A DNA stretch of 59,063 nucleotides from Oligoflexia bacterium (lineage in GTDB: Bacteria > Bdellovibrionota > Bdellovibrionia > JABDDW01), in NCBI GenBank assembly GCA_043732305.1, contig JAYTHU010000195.1, positions 1 through 59,063 on the forward strand. The letters are read 5' to 3'. Within the stretch, counting starts at the first letter, position 1. Every line of letters starts with the position of its first letter. Positions 10,656 to 19,840 of the stretch are shown here, piece by piece. The notes under the pieces are model-generated. The model was not told the origin of the DNA and searched no databases. It worked only from the letters and a program-made list of their open reading frames with translations. Both the position numbers and the translations under genes were made by a program.

Positions 10656-12071
10656 ATGGCCCAGACTATTGACCCGAAGCAATTAGTAGTGATCGATGAT
10701 GACCCAGATATGCAGGATTTGCTCGTCGCATTTTTCAGACCAAAGGGCTATCAAGTCACAGTTTTTGATGATGCGGAATCGGCATTAGAATCCTCAAAAA
10801 ACATGGCCCTCAAATGGGATGTTCTCATCACTGATCTCCAATTGCCGAAAATGTCCGGTATTGAATTTATCGGAAATATTAAAAAAATCAGACCTGATCT
10901 CCCCATTGTTTTAATCACTGTTTCAAAATCTGCAGAGATGGCAGTGAAAGCAATTAGACAAGGCGCCTACGATTTTATCGTGAAGCCTATTCACTTTCCA
11001 CAGTTGCAAATCTCCATCGAGCGAGCCATTCACCTTGGTTCCTTGACTGAAAGCATTTCTGATTTACGGGAACATATTCGAGATAAAGAAGTTCGCGTGA
11101 ACAACAACATTATTGGACGCAGTCCAAAATTTATTCGAGCGTTGGAAATTGCAAAACGTGTCGCAAAGAGCTCCGCAAATATTTTTGTGGCGGGCGAAAG
11201 TGGAACTGGAAAAGAAGTTATCGCTCGCTTTATTCACGCAGAGAGCACTCGTAAAAAAGGGCCATTCATTGCTATCAACTGTTCTGCCATCCCGGAAAAT
11301 CTACTTGAATCCGAACTCTTCGGCCACGCCAAAGGTTCCTTCACAGGAGCTGTCGATAAAAAATTGGGCCTTTTCGAAGAAGCGGAAAACGGAACATTGT
11401 TTCTTGATGAAATTGGAGATCTAAGCATGCCGCTTCAAGCGAAGCTTTTGCGCGTTCTCCAAGAACGAAAAATCAAACGTGTTGGTGAGAACCAAACGCG
11501 CGCGATCAACGCGAGAATCATCTCTGCAACTCACAAAAATTTACCTCAAGAGATTGCAGATGGAAAATTTCGCGAAGATTTGTTTTTCCGGCTCAATGTT
11601 ATTCCTATTCATCTGCCCACTTTAAGAGATCGCCCTGAAGACATTCTCCCTTTGGCTGAAAGTTTCCTAAAGAAATTCGCAATTATGAATGGATCTCCAG
11701 CGAGATCTTTTTCCAAAGAGGCGACGCGATCACTGTTGGAAAATCATTGGCGCGGAAACGTTCGAGAGTTAGAAAACTGTATCGAACGTGCAGTAGTTAT
11801 GGCGGCAGAAGCGCAAATCAAAGAGTCTGATTTTATGACGTACTCTCCAAACTCACCTGAAGACGACGCGACAGGATCAACCGCAAATATTGACGATTTT
11901 AGCATCAAATTTGAGGGGAAGCTCGAAGCGCTCCAGGACGTCATACAAAAGTATATAGAGTATGCTGTGACCAAGAATGATGGAGCCAAAGATAAAACAG
12001 CCAAGGATCTCGGCATCGACAGGAAAACACTCTACAAGAGAATGCGTTTGCCTGACGAAAAAGCAATCTGA
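10656..12071 (+). CDS. Sigma-54-dependent response regulator (REC-AAA+-HTH, NtrC family)
   Basis: Receiver domain, GESGTGKE, ESELFGH, GSFTGA, FLDEIG, WRGNVREL and Fis-type HTH; SD AAGGAG before ATG 10656. Confidence 0.96.
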   Translation: MAQTIDPKQLVVIDDDPDMQDLLVAFFRPKGYQVTVFDDAESALESSKNMALKWDVLITDLQLPKMSGIEFIGNIKKIRPDLPIVLITVSKSAEMAVKAIRQGAYDFIVKPIHFPQLQISIERAIHLGSLTESISDLREHIRDKEVRVNNNIIGRSPKFIRALEIAKRVAKSSANIFVAGESGTGKEVIARFIHAESTRKKGPFIAINCSAIPENLLESELFGHAKGSFTGAVDKKLGLFEEAENGTLFLDEIGDLSMPLQAKLLRVLQERKIKRVGENQTRAINARIISATHKNLPQEIADGKFREDLFFRLNVIPIHLPTLRDRPEDILPLAESFLKKFAIMNGSPARSFSKEATRSLLENHWRGNVRELENCIERAVVMAAEAQIKESDFMTYSPNSPEDDATGSTANIDDFSIKFEGKLEALQDVIQKYIEYAVTKNDGAKDKTAKDLGIDRKTLYKRMRLPDEKAI

Positions 12072-14114
12072 TTATTTAGGCCACCTGGGTAGTAAAAAAG
12101 AAAATGGATGTGTGGCGAATCTGTAAATCACGGCTTTGTAGATTCGCCTTTGCACTTCGGCCTCTATACCTGCTGCACGTGCAGCAAGCCAAAACGACAA
12201 TGTGAAACTCACGCCCACATTGAGAAGTCCGACTCCAATAATTCCTACGATGCATCGCCAAACCACAACACCGGCTTGCCCATGCATTCCTAAAGTCACA
12301 AAAGCTGCCGCTAACGAACCAGAAGAGAGCGTCACGTGACGAACCTCCAACGGAAATCCAAAAAATTTAAATAACTCAGGCAGAAACCCAAGGAAAATAC
12401 CAAGCGCCACATTAGTGGTTATTCCAGCAAATTTCTCTTTTAAAAATTCTGCAGCTCGGTTCGTTTTTGAATACCCGAAGACACGAATGATCTTTCGATT
12501 ATGTGCAATTCTTGACCATAGGCCTCGGAGCAAAAACCAATTTTCCGCCCATCCCCCTATAAGGCTTGAAGCCCAAAGCAGCACTCCGGTGAACGCCGCA
12601 AAAAAGAGACAAGATCCCCATATATCAACCGACTGCGCAGTGTGAATTGCACTTTCCCGATTCATCATGTGGATGCCAAAAGTGAATTGAAAAAGTTCAG
12701 TGAATAATAAAACTGTGGCCACCACTGCAACCATGTTCCCAAATATTGAAACCACTTGCGATCGGATGAGGTGAGAAGCCTCCACAACGAGTTCACCCAT
12801 TGAAAGGTCATTCATGTTCGGACTGAGTTTTTTGACAAGTGCCGCTGCTGTGTGCGCGGGCTGCTTTGTACCTAGCGTAAAACCCAAAAGATAAATGGCC
12901 ACAAAACTGACAACGTAATTTAATGAGAGTAAAAATCCTTGAATAAATCCGGCCGCGTGAATCGAATAGATTATGTATTTCAAAAACACGGTGGCGGCAG
13001 TCAAAGCTCCGCCTCCAAGCGAAGCTCTCAGCATGATCAAATACTCTTGGCGAGAACGATTAATATAATGATCACCAGTCTGGGCGCTATGTTCCAGAGA
13101 CATCCGTGCAAGTTTGGCAATATTTTTTTGAACTAACCACATGAAGCTGAATCGATGATCGATATCGCTCCAAATAACTTTTAAAAAGCGAGACGTCACC
13201 ATTTTCAATTCTGTTTTTTTAGCTAAAACGAAATCAATCAGCATTTCCATTCGGTTAAGATAAGTGATTAGGCGTTCAAGATTGTAGGTCACGTTGATAC
13301 TTATCCCGGTGCCTTCTTGCCCAGCTTTGATTGCCGAAATGTCTCTACGACAGTCACGGATTGTCTTTTTCAAATCTAAAAACTTCTGATAGAGATCGAC
13401 ATCTGAAAAATCGGGATTCTTACTCTCAAGTTCGGAAGGCCTAAAATCTAAAGTGTAAAATGGAGATTGGCGGAAATTCAAATGTTTGGTCCGATTAAGA
13501 ATATCAGGAGTGAGGCCAATGGCTCGGCAATGAACTGAAAGAAGAGATAATGTATTCTCGACCTCTAGAAAAAGTGAGGCCAGAAATTCGCGAGAACCTT
13601 CACCAGTTGTCAGCATATCGATGAATGGATGGAACACACTTTCATCCATTTCACTAAATCGTAAAATATTTTCGGTATCTGGAAAAGCGGCAAGGAAAAA
13701 CGCCGTTAAATCCTTTTCCATCGAAGAACTTGGCAGAAATTTTCGTAAAAAAATTTCATAAAGTTCTTGCAGAAATCCTGCGCCCCAGGCGGTTCCAACT
13801 TCGGAAAAAAACTTTGGATTTATGACGTCAACCAAAGTCTGACGGATGAGTTTTGCAAATTGGGCTTTTTTAACAGGATCTCTATCTAAAATCGAAAGTA
13901 AATGTTGCATACGAAGCGTGCTGAGCTTACAAGCATCGATGTCCGAATACACAGGAGCAGGTCTCAAAATCCAATTCACCAGATTAGCAAGCCATTCTAA
14001 ACGGCCTTCCATATCAAAAGTTTCGTCTTGAGGGAAAATCACAGCGATATTATCTTGGTAAATATTGTTTCGCCCAAGTGCCGTTTTTATTTTAGCGAGA
14101 GAATTTCTGATCAT
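12072..14114 (-). CDS. Polytopic membrane protein of the so-called 'site-specific recombinase Gcr' (SpecificRecomb) family
   Basis: TGDHYI, SLNY..SF, FTLGTKQPA.TA, RSQ..SIFGN and LEVRHVTLS motifs; many TM helices in the C-terminal half. Confidence 0.85.
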   Translation of the reverse strand: MIRNSLAKIKTALGRNNIYQDNIAVIFPQDETFDMEGRLEWLANLVNWILRPAPVYSDIDACKLSTLRMQHLLSILDRDPVKKAQFAKLIRQTLVDVINPKFFSEVGTAWGAGFLQELYEIFLRKFLPSSSMEKDLTAFFLAAFPDTENILRFSEMDESVFHPFIDMLTTGEGSREFLASLFLEVENTLSLLSVHCRAIGLTPDILNRTKHLNFRQSPFYTLDFRPSELESKNPDFSDVDLYQKFLDLKKTIRDCRRDISAIKAGQEGTGISINVTYNLERLITYLNRMEMLIDFVLAKKTELKMVTSRFLKVIWSDIDHRFSFMWLVQKNIAKLARMSLEHSAQTGDHYINRSRQEYLIMLRASLGGGALTAATVFLKYIIYSIHAAGFIQGFLLSLNYVVSFVAIYLLGFTLGTKQPAHTAAALVKKLSPNMNDLSMGELVVEASHLIRSQVVSIFGNMVAVVATVLLFTELFQFTFGIHMMNRESAIHTAQSVDIWGSCLFFAAFTGVLLWASSLIGGWAENWFLLRGLWSRIAHNRKIIRVFGYSKTNRAAEFLKEKFAGITTNVALGIFLGFLPELFKFFGFPLEVRHVTLSSGSLAAAFVTLGMHGQAGVVVWRCIVGIIGVGLLNVGVSFTLSFWLAARAAGIEAEVQRRIYKAVIYRFATHPFSFLLPRWPK

Positions 14115-14416
14115 GTAGATTTAATTTCAGGAAATTTGATTCTGGTGGCTTTTATCCATTCAGATAGTTCTGTAAGAAGGGCTGCCCCTTGAGCTTTTAA
14201 TTCTTCGACGCTTATTTTTTCTAGACGGACGCCGAGATCCTCAAGTTCGTCGAAACCAAAAGTTTTAGCACTTCCCATTATTTTGTGACCGATTGTTTTA
14301 AAGGCATCAGAACTTCCCTCGTTCAAGGATTTTTGAAGATCCAAAAGATCCGATTCCCGACGGGTCAAATACATCAAATATCTTTCTCTCGAAAGTTTAA
14401 ACTGCCGATTTTCCAT
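14111..14416 (-). CDS. Single-domain Hpt phosphotransfer protein
   Basis: IGHKIMGSAKTFG (H-x-x-x-G-S motif); 4-nt ATGA overlap with the downstream gene. Confidence 0.85.
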   Translation of the reverse strand: MENRQFKLSRERYLMYLTRRESDLLDLQKSLNEGSSDAFKTIGHKIMGSAKTFGFDELEDLGVRLEKISVEELKAQGAALLTELSEWIKATRIKFPEIKST

Positions 14417-14543
14417 ACTGAAAATGTTAGCAAAGGAGTTACTGAATGTAAATCCACGTTTGTTAACAAGTACAATTAATCCACTTCAATGTTGCACTTT
14501 AAGTATCCGGCTAATATCAGAACGATCACAATCAGTAAAGAAT

Positions 14544-14559
14544 TGGTACGACCATTGCT
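14544..14559 (+). promoter_or_regulatory. Sigma-54 -24/-12 promoter
   Basis: TGGTACGACCATTGCT, 44 bp before ATG 14604. Confidence 0.78.
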
Positions 14560-14603
14560 ATTATATAAGTTGAAGCTACTGAAACTTTAACAAGGAGAAA
14601 AAA

Positions 14604-15092
14604 ATGGCTACGCAAAACGGAACCTCAACCCCTAGCAGCAGTTACGGATCAGACAAAAAAACTAAATTCCCCTCCCCACCAAGCACTTCAAAATATCCAA
14701 GCTCCACATCATCTCTTGATAAAAGCTATGATGATATCGATCTAGATTCCAAATCTGCTTCCCCATCAACGGGAACATCTTTGACATCATCGGCATCTTC
14801 ACGTTTTGACACTTCCATTGATAAAGATTCCTCTTTCGACAAAACAAAAGAACATAATGCTGACAAGGATAGATCAGGGAAATCTGAAATGAGCACGGAG
14901 ATAAAGGGGGAAATGGATGATGCCTACTCAATGGTTGGTGATGTAATGAAAGTCATGCCGGCCAAACTTGACAAAGCTAAAGATGCTACCTTCCGCTTAA
15001 TGAGCAACCGCTGGGTTGGCATTGTTGGAGCTGCCGCAATTGGTTTTGGCGCTGCAATGATGATCAAAAAGATGAGAAAAACCGTAAACTAA
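14604..15092 (+). CDS. Ser/Thr/Asp/Lys-rich disordered protein with a C-terminal TM anchor (ElaB/YqjD-like architecture)
   Basis: SD AAGGAG; low-complexity N-terminus; WVGIVGAAAIGFGAAMM followed by a basic tail. Confidence 0.8.
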   Translation: MATQNGTSTPSSSYGSDKKTKFPSPPSTSKYPSSTSSLDKSYDDIDLDSKSASPSTGTSLTSSASSRFDTSIDKDSSFDKTKEHNADKDRSGKSEMSTEIKGEMDDAYSMVGDVMKVMPAKLDKAKDATFRLMSNRWVGIVGAAAIGFGAAMMIKKMRKTVN

Positions 15093-15098
15093 GTGTTC

Positions 15099-15133
15099 GA
15101 AAGGGCCCAAATCTATAGGGCCCTTTTCTTTTT
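15099..15133 (+). terminator. Intrinsic terminator
   Basis: AAAGGGCCC-loop-GGGCCCTTT followed by a T-rich tract. Confidence 0.85.
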
Positions 15134-15190
15134 ATCCTGTACCAAGTTTAGTCCTATGTAATCCGGTTCTACCCTGTTAAATTCCTTTTT

Positions 15191-17029
15191 ATGGCCATAC
15201 TTATTAGTGCTCACGAGTTGAAAAAATCATTCACTGCCCGTCCCCTATTTGAGGATTTAAAATTCTCCATCTCAAGCGGAGAGCGGATCGGTCTTATTGG
15301 GCCTAACGGAGCTGGCAAATCGACCTTGCTTAGAATATTGGCGGGACAGACCTCACCAGATGAAGGAAAACTTTCTGTGCAACGTGGATTGCGCGTAGGT
15401 TTTCTGGAACAGGTTCCAGTTTTTTCACCTGACGCCACGGTTTACTCATCCATTATGGAGGGTAGCAAAGACGAATATGACTGGCAGGAAATGGCCAGAG
15501 CCCAAACGGTCATGGCGAGACTTTCCCTCTCGGGTGGTTCGCAAATCAATGACGACACTTTGATTAGCAAGCTTTCTGGTGGATGGAAGAAACGCGTGGC
15601 CCTTGGGCGTGAACTTCTAAAAGAACCAGATCTCCTGTTATTAGACGAGCCGACGAATCACCTGGATGTCGAAAGTATTCTGTGGCTAGAAGAATTTGTA
15701 GCGGATGCTTCTTTTGCAACTCTCACCATCACGCATGACAGACTTTTCTTGCAACGCATTGCGAGTCGTATCATTGAGCTCGACAAGCGTCATCCTGGCG
15801 GACTTTTGAGTGTGCCAGGAGATTACGCCACTTTTGTGGAAACACGCGAAAGCTTGATGGCGGCTCAAGAGCAATTAGAAGTTAAACTTAAAAATACACT
15901 GCGAAGAGAAACCGAATGGCTCAGGCGTGGCGCAAAAGCGCGCCAAACCAAACAAACAGCGCGAATCAACAATGCCGCTGAACTGAAAAAAAATGTTGAA
16001 GAATTAACCTTCAGAAACAAAAGCTCTTCCGTACAAATTGATTTTCAGTCACTCGAAAAAAATCCTAAACGATTGATAGACGCCAAAGGAATTTCTAAAA
16101 AATACGGCTCTGAGTTGATTGTTCCGGTGATGGATTTACTGATCACGCCCAAAAGCCGCATTGGATTATTAGGAACTAACGGCTGTGGAAAATCGACGCT
16201 CATTCGATTACTCACTGGTACTGAAAAGCCAGATACCGGAACGGTCTCACACGCCGAAAGACTTAGCGTGGCCTACTTTGAACAAAATCGTGAGAGCCTC
16301 GATCAAGAATTGACGGTCGCAAACACAGTCAGTCCGTCTGAAGAATGGGTAGAATTCCAAGGCAAAAAAGTTCACATCAAAAGTTATCTTGCGAAGTTTT
16401 TATTCTCATACGAACAATTAGGATTAGCTGTTAAGAAACTTTCCGGTGGTGAACAAGCGAGACTTCTCATTGCGAAACTCATGCTCACAAAAGCGAATGT
16501 TTTGATTTTAGATGAACCTACCAATGATTTGGACATGGCTACACTAGATATTCTGGAAGACGTCCTTAAAGAATTTAATGGCGCCGTCATCATAGTGACT
16601 CATGATCGTTACTTCTTAGATCAAGTGGCCAATCGTATTTACGCTTTTGGAGTCAATTCCAAAGGAGTGAAAGAAATCGAAATTTTTGAAGGTTTAGAAC
16701 AGTGGGAAGCTTGGCAACTCACTCAACCCACAAGCAAAACTATCAACAGCGCCGCAGGAAATAGTGCCGATGAAAGTTCTGCTGAAACTTCAGCAGCGGC
16801 AAAGCCCAAGAAAAAAAAGCTGACCTACAAAGATCAATTAGAACTTGATGGCATGGAAGAAAATATCAAGCTGACTGAAGCTAAACTCAAAGGTTTTGAA
16901 TCGGATTTAGAAAAACGTGAAAACTTGGCAAATGCTAAAAAACTAGCTGAGATCACCACCGAGATTTCTTCACTGCAAAATAAAATTGAAAAGCTTTATG
17001 CCCGCTGGGCCGAACTCGAAAAAAATTAA
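15191..17029 (+). CDS. ABC-F ATPase (Uup-like)
   Basis: Two ABC domains (GPNGAGKST, LSGG, DEPTNHLD; GTNGCGKST, DEPTNDLD), no TM segments, C-terminal coiled coil. Confidence 0.93.
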   Translation: MAILISAHELKKSFTARPLFEDLKFSISSGERIGLIGPNGAGKSTLLRILAGQTSPDEGKLSVQRGLRVGFLEQVPVFSPDATVYSSIMEGSKDEYDWQEMARAQTVMARLSLSGGSQINDDTLISKLSGGWKKRVALGRELLKEPDLLLLDEPTNHLDVESILWLEEFVADASFATLTITHDRLFLQRIASRIIELDKRHPGGLLSVPGDYATFVETRESLMAAQEQLEVKLKNTLRRETEWLRRGAKARQTKQTARINNAAELKKNVEELTFRNKSSSVQIDFQSLEKNPKRLIDAKGISKKYGSELIVPVMDLLITPKSRIGLLGTNGCGKSTLIRLLTGTEKPDTGTVSHAERLSVAYFEQNRESLDQELTVANTVSPSEEWVEFQGKKVHIKSYLAKFLFSYEQLGLAVKKLSGGEQARLLIAKLMLTKANVLILDEPTNDLDMATLDILEDVLKEFNGAVIIVTHDRYFLDQVANRIYAFGVNSKGVKEIEIFEGLEQWEAWQLTQPTSKTINSAAGNSADESSAETSAAAKPKKKKLTYKDQLELDGMEENIKLTEAKLKGFESDLEKRENLANAKKLAEITTEISSLQNKIEKLYARWAELEKN

Positions 17030-17054
17030 ACTCATTTTATCTTAAGGAGTGCTT

Positions 17055-17633
17055 ATGAAACTTTACCTATCCCCTGGTGCTTGTTCTATGTCTTGTCATA
17101 TCGCTTTCGAAGAAGCTAAATTCAAATTCGAACCAAAAATTGGCGATTGGGAAATGGTCGAAAAACTTAATCCTCAAGGTGCTGTGCCCATTTTAGTACT
17201 CGAAGATGGAAAATCTATTTCGCAAAACGTGGCTATTCTTACTTATGCCTATGACAAAGCTCCTCAACTGATGCCCAAAGCTGGATCGGATGACTACTAT
17301 GAAGCTTGTCAATGGCTCTCATGGACTTCATCCGACTTGCATCCTACGTTTGCCGATCTTTTTAATGATAAATTTCCCGAAGAAGCCCGCAAAGAAAGCA
17401 TCGCCAATGTCCATAAGCTTTTAGCTCAAGTTGAAAAACATATGGATGGAAAAACATTTTTAGCAGGTGAGCAGTTCACCGTTGCCGACTGTCTTTTCTT
17501 TACAGTTTACGGATGGACGAAAAGATTAGAAATTCCTACTGACAAGTACACCAACTTGAATAATTACTCGGATCGGATCACGGAGCGTCCTGCTGTGAAA
17601 ACAGTCATGCAACGTGAAGGCCTATCAAGATAA
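17055..17633 (+). CDS. Glutathione S-transferase (beta-class-like)
   Basis: YLSPGACSM, NPQGAVP and FTVAD motifs; SD AAGGAG before ATG 17055. Confidence 0.92.
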   Translation: MKLYLSPGACSMSCHIAFEEAKFKFEPKIGDWEMVEKLNPQGAVPILVLEDGKSISQNVAILTYAYDKAPQLMPKAGSDDYYEACQWLSWTSSDLHPTFADLFNDKFPEEARKESIANVHKLLAQVEKHMDGKTFLAGEQFTVADCLFFTVYGWTKRLEIPTDKYTNLNNYSDRITERPAVKTVMQREGLSR

Positions 17634-19085
17634 TTAGATTTCGCTGACCGTGGGAGTGCCCACGCGTTTACGCAAACTCATGTCATCTCCGTCATCGTTT
17701 TTAAGTTCGATGAAAACGAAAGCGGAGAGGACGGTGAGTCCTCCCAAAGTCAAAAATGCTTTGTGCAATCCAGAAATCATCTGCATGGGACTTGTGTGAT
17801 AGCGATCAGGAATAAATAAAACCGTCACCAACGAAGCGGCTGCTACACCAAAACTCAACGACATTTGCTGAACTGTACTGACAATTGTGCTCGCCATACT
17901 TGTTTGCACCTGAGTCACATCGGCATACACCACTGTGTTCATACTTGTGAATTGCAGCGACGAGAAAAATCCAAACAGACAAGCTTGAATCACAATCAGT
18001 GCGGCGGACGTCCCCGGCCCGATCAGAGAAAAAAGACAGATAACGAGTCCAATGAGTGCCGTGTTTATCAGCAAGACGTTTCTATAACCGAAGCGATTTA
18101 GAATTCTCGGCACGACTACCTTTAACGCAATTGCCGCAATGGACTGAGGCATGATCAAAAGTCCAGATTGTATAGGCGAATAACCGAGCCCCACTTGATA
18201 AAGCAGAGGCAATAAAAAGGGAAGGCCACCCGCGCCGATGCGAGTGATGAAATTCCCGTTGATCCCGACTCTCAAAGTTCTAATCTTAAAAAGAGCGAGG
18301 TTTAATAGTGGATGAGCGTAAGTCAGCGCGTGAAACGCGTAACCACCGAGCAAAGCGGCGGAGATTGCAAGCAAGCCTGATATTTCTCGTCCACTCAATG
18401 TGTGTTCTCCAAAAATTTCGAGCACGTAAGAAAAGAGCGCTATTCCAGAACTGAAAAGAATAAGTCCGACAATATCCAGTTTGTCTGTGGGTTCGTGATA
18501 GTCAGGCAGATTTTTATAAACAAAATATAAACCTAAAAGTCCGATGGGAATATTCACGAAGAATATAATTCGCCAATGAAGCCAACCAACAATTGCCCCG
18601 CCTACGAGCGGACCAAGCATGGGACCTATCAATGCGGGAATAGCTACAAAACTCATGGCTTTGATAAGCTCTGACTTTGCAAAAGTGCGGACCATCGTCA
18701 GTCTTCCTACGGGAACCATCATGGCGCCTCCACATCCTTGCAAAATTCGGCAGAAAACCAAAATATGAATATCTTTAGAAATTCCGCATAAGAATGATCC
18801 AAGTGTGAAAATAGCAATAGCCAAAGAGAAAACTTTTCTTGTTCCAAATCGATCAGCCACCCAACTGCTGATGGGGATAAAAACCGCGAGAGCCAAAGTA
18901 TAGCTGCTCAACACTGATTTCATGCTTAAAGGCACCACGTTAAGTGCTTTGGCTATGACGGGAACGGCAGTGTTTAAAATTGTAGTGTCGAGAGACTCCA
19001 TGAAAAAAGCGATGGCCACTAGCCACGGGAGCATCTGTTTGATTTTTTGTGTTGTTGGCATGTTGGCGGCGGTTGATGATTTCAT
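17634..19085 (-). CDS. DHA2-family MFS efflux transporter
   Basis: MESLDTTILN, ADRFG, GP..GP..GG and WRIIFFVNIPIG motifs. Confidence 0.93.
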   Translation of the reverse strand: MKSSTAANMPTTQKIKQMLPWLVAIAFFMESLDTTILNTAVPVIAKALNVVPLSMKSVLSSYTLALAVFIPISSWVADRFGTRKVFSLAIAIFTLGSFLCGISKDIHILVFCRILQGCGGAMMVPVGRLTMVRTFAKSELIKAMSFVAIPALIGPMLGPLVGGAIVGWLHWRIIFFVNIPIGLLGLYFVYKNLPDYHEPTDKLDIVGLILFSSGIALFSYVLEIFGEHTLSGREISGLLAISAALLGGYAFHALTYAHPLLNLALFKIRTLRVGINGNFITRIGAGGLPFLLPLLYQVGLGYSPIQSGLLIMPQSIAAIALKVVVPRILNRFGYRNVLLINTALIGLVICLFSLIGPGTSAALIVIQACLFGFFSSLQFTSMNTVVYADVTQVQTSMASTIVSTVQQMSLSFGVAAASLVTVLFIPDRYHTSPMQMISGLHKAFLTLGGLTVLSAFVFIELKNDDGDDMSLRKRVGTPTVSEI

Positions 19086-19108
19086 GATTTTATGCTCAAA
19101 TCTTTCTA

Positions 19109-19840
19109 ATGAATATTGAAGGTTATTTGAAAATTCGTCAACAGAAAGCTAGCTGTGAGCGTAAGTTTCGCGAGATCTGCTTTGAGTGTTTTCAGCCCAC
19201 CTTTAATTGTTACTGCTCTCATATCCAAAAATTTGATTCCAAGTTAAAATTTATTATTTTGATTCACCCGATAGAAGTCAAAAGACGAATAGCCACCGGA
19301 CGCATGTCTCATCTTTGTTTGGAGAATTCCGATTTGATTGCAGGCCATGACTACTCTCGAAATAAAAGAGTGAACGATATTTTAGAAAACTCTTCTTATC
19401 ATTCGATGCTTTTATATCCGAGCGCGTCTTCTATGAATCTCACTCCCTTATCTTTTGAAAGTCGTGCAGAAGTTTTTCCAAAAGATAAAACTCCAGTAGT
19501 TTTTGTAGTCGATGGAACTTGGAACACGGCTAAAAAAATGATGTCTCTCAGTGAGAATCTCAAAAAAATTCCGAAGATATGTTTCACGCCGCCGAGTCTT
19601 TCAAATTTTAGAGTTCGAAAACAACCGGCGAAAGAATGTTATTCCACGATTGAAGCGATTCATCACACCATTGAACTCTTAGGAACAAGTGTGGGCTTCG
19701 ATACCACATCTCGAAGACACGATCACTTGATTGATATTTTTGACAAAATGGTAGAAAAGCAAATTGAGTATTTAAAAAAATCTAATCCACGATTCACCCG
19801 AGATTTCAAAAAGAAAATGGAAGCTCAGTGCTTATTGTGA
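19109..19840 (+). CDS. DTW-domain tRNA aminocarboxypropyltransferase (TapT-like)
   Basis: N-terminal CxxC...CxC, HPxE, DGTW and STIEA motifs. Confidence 0.9.
   Translation: MNIEGYLKIRQQKASCERKFREICFECFQPTFNCYCSHIQKFDSKLKFIILIHPIEVKRRIATGRMSHLCLENSDLIAGHDYSRNKRVNDILENSSYHSMLLYPSASSMNLTPLSFESRAEVFPKDKTPVVFVVDGTWNTAKKMMSLSENLKKIPKICFTPPSLSNFRVRKQPAKECYSTIEAIHHTIELLGTSVGFDTTSRRHDHLIDIFDKMVEKQIEYLKKSNPRFTRDFKKKMEAQCLL

Noticed and set aside
12072..14114. 'Site-specific recombinase' as evidence of a mobile element
   Set aside because: Polytopic membrane protein with no recognisable recombinase catalytic motif; the family name is not evidence of mobility
19086..19830. Fluoride riboswitch ahead of the CLC-F gene
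   Set aside because: Only 23 bp of intergenic space before the DTW gene, and no fluoride-riboswitch-like pattern seen
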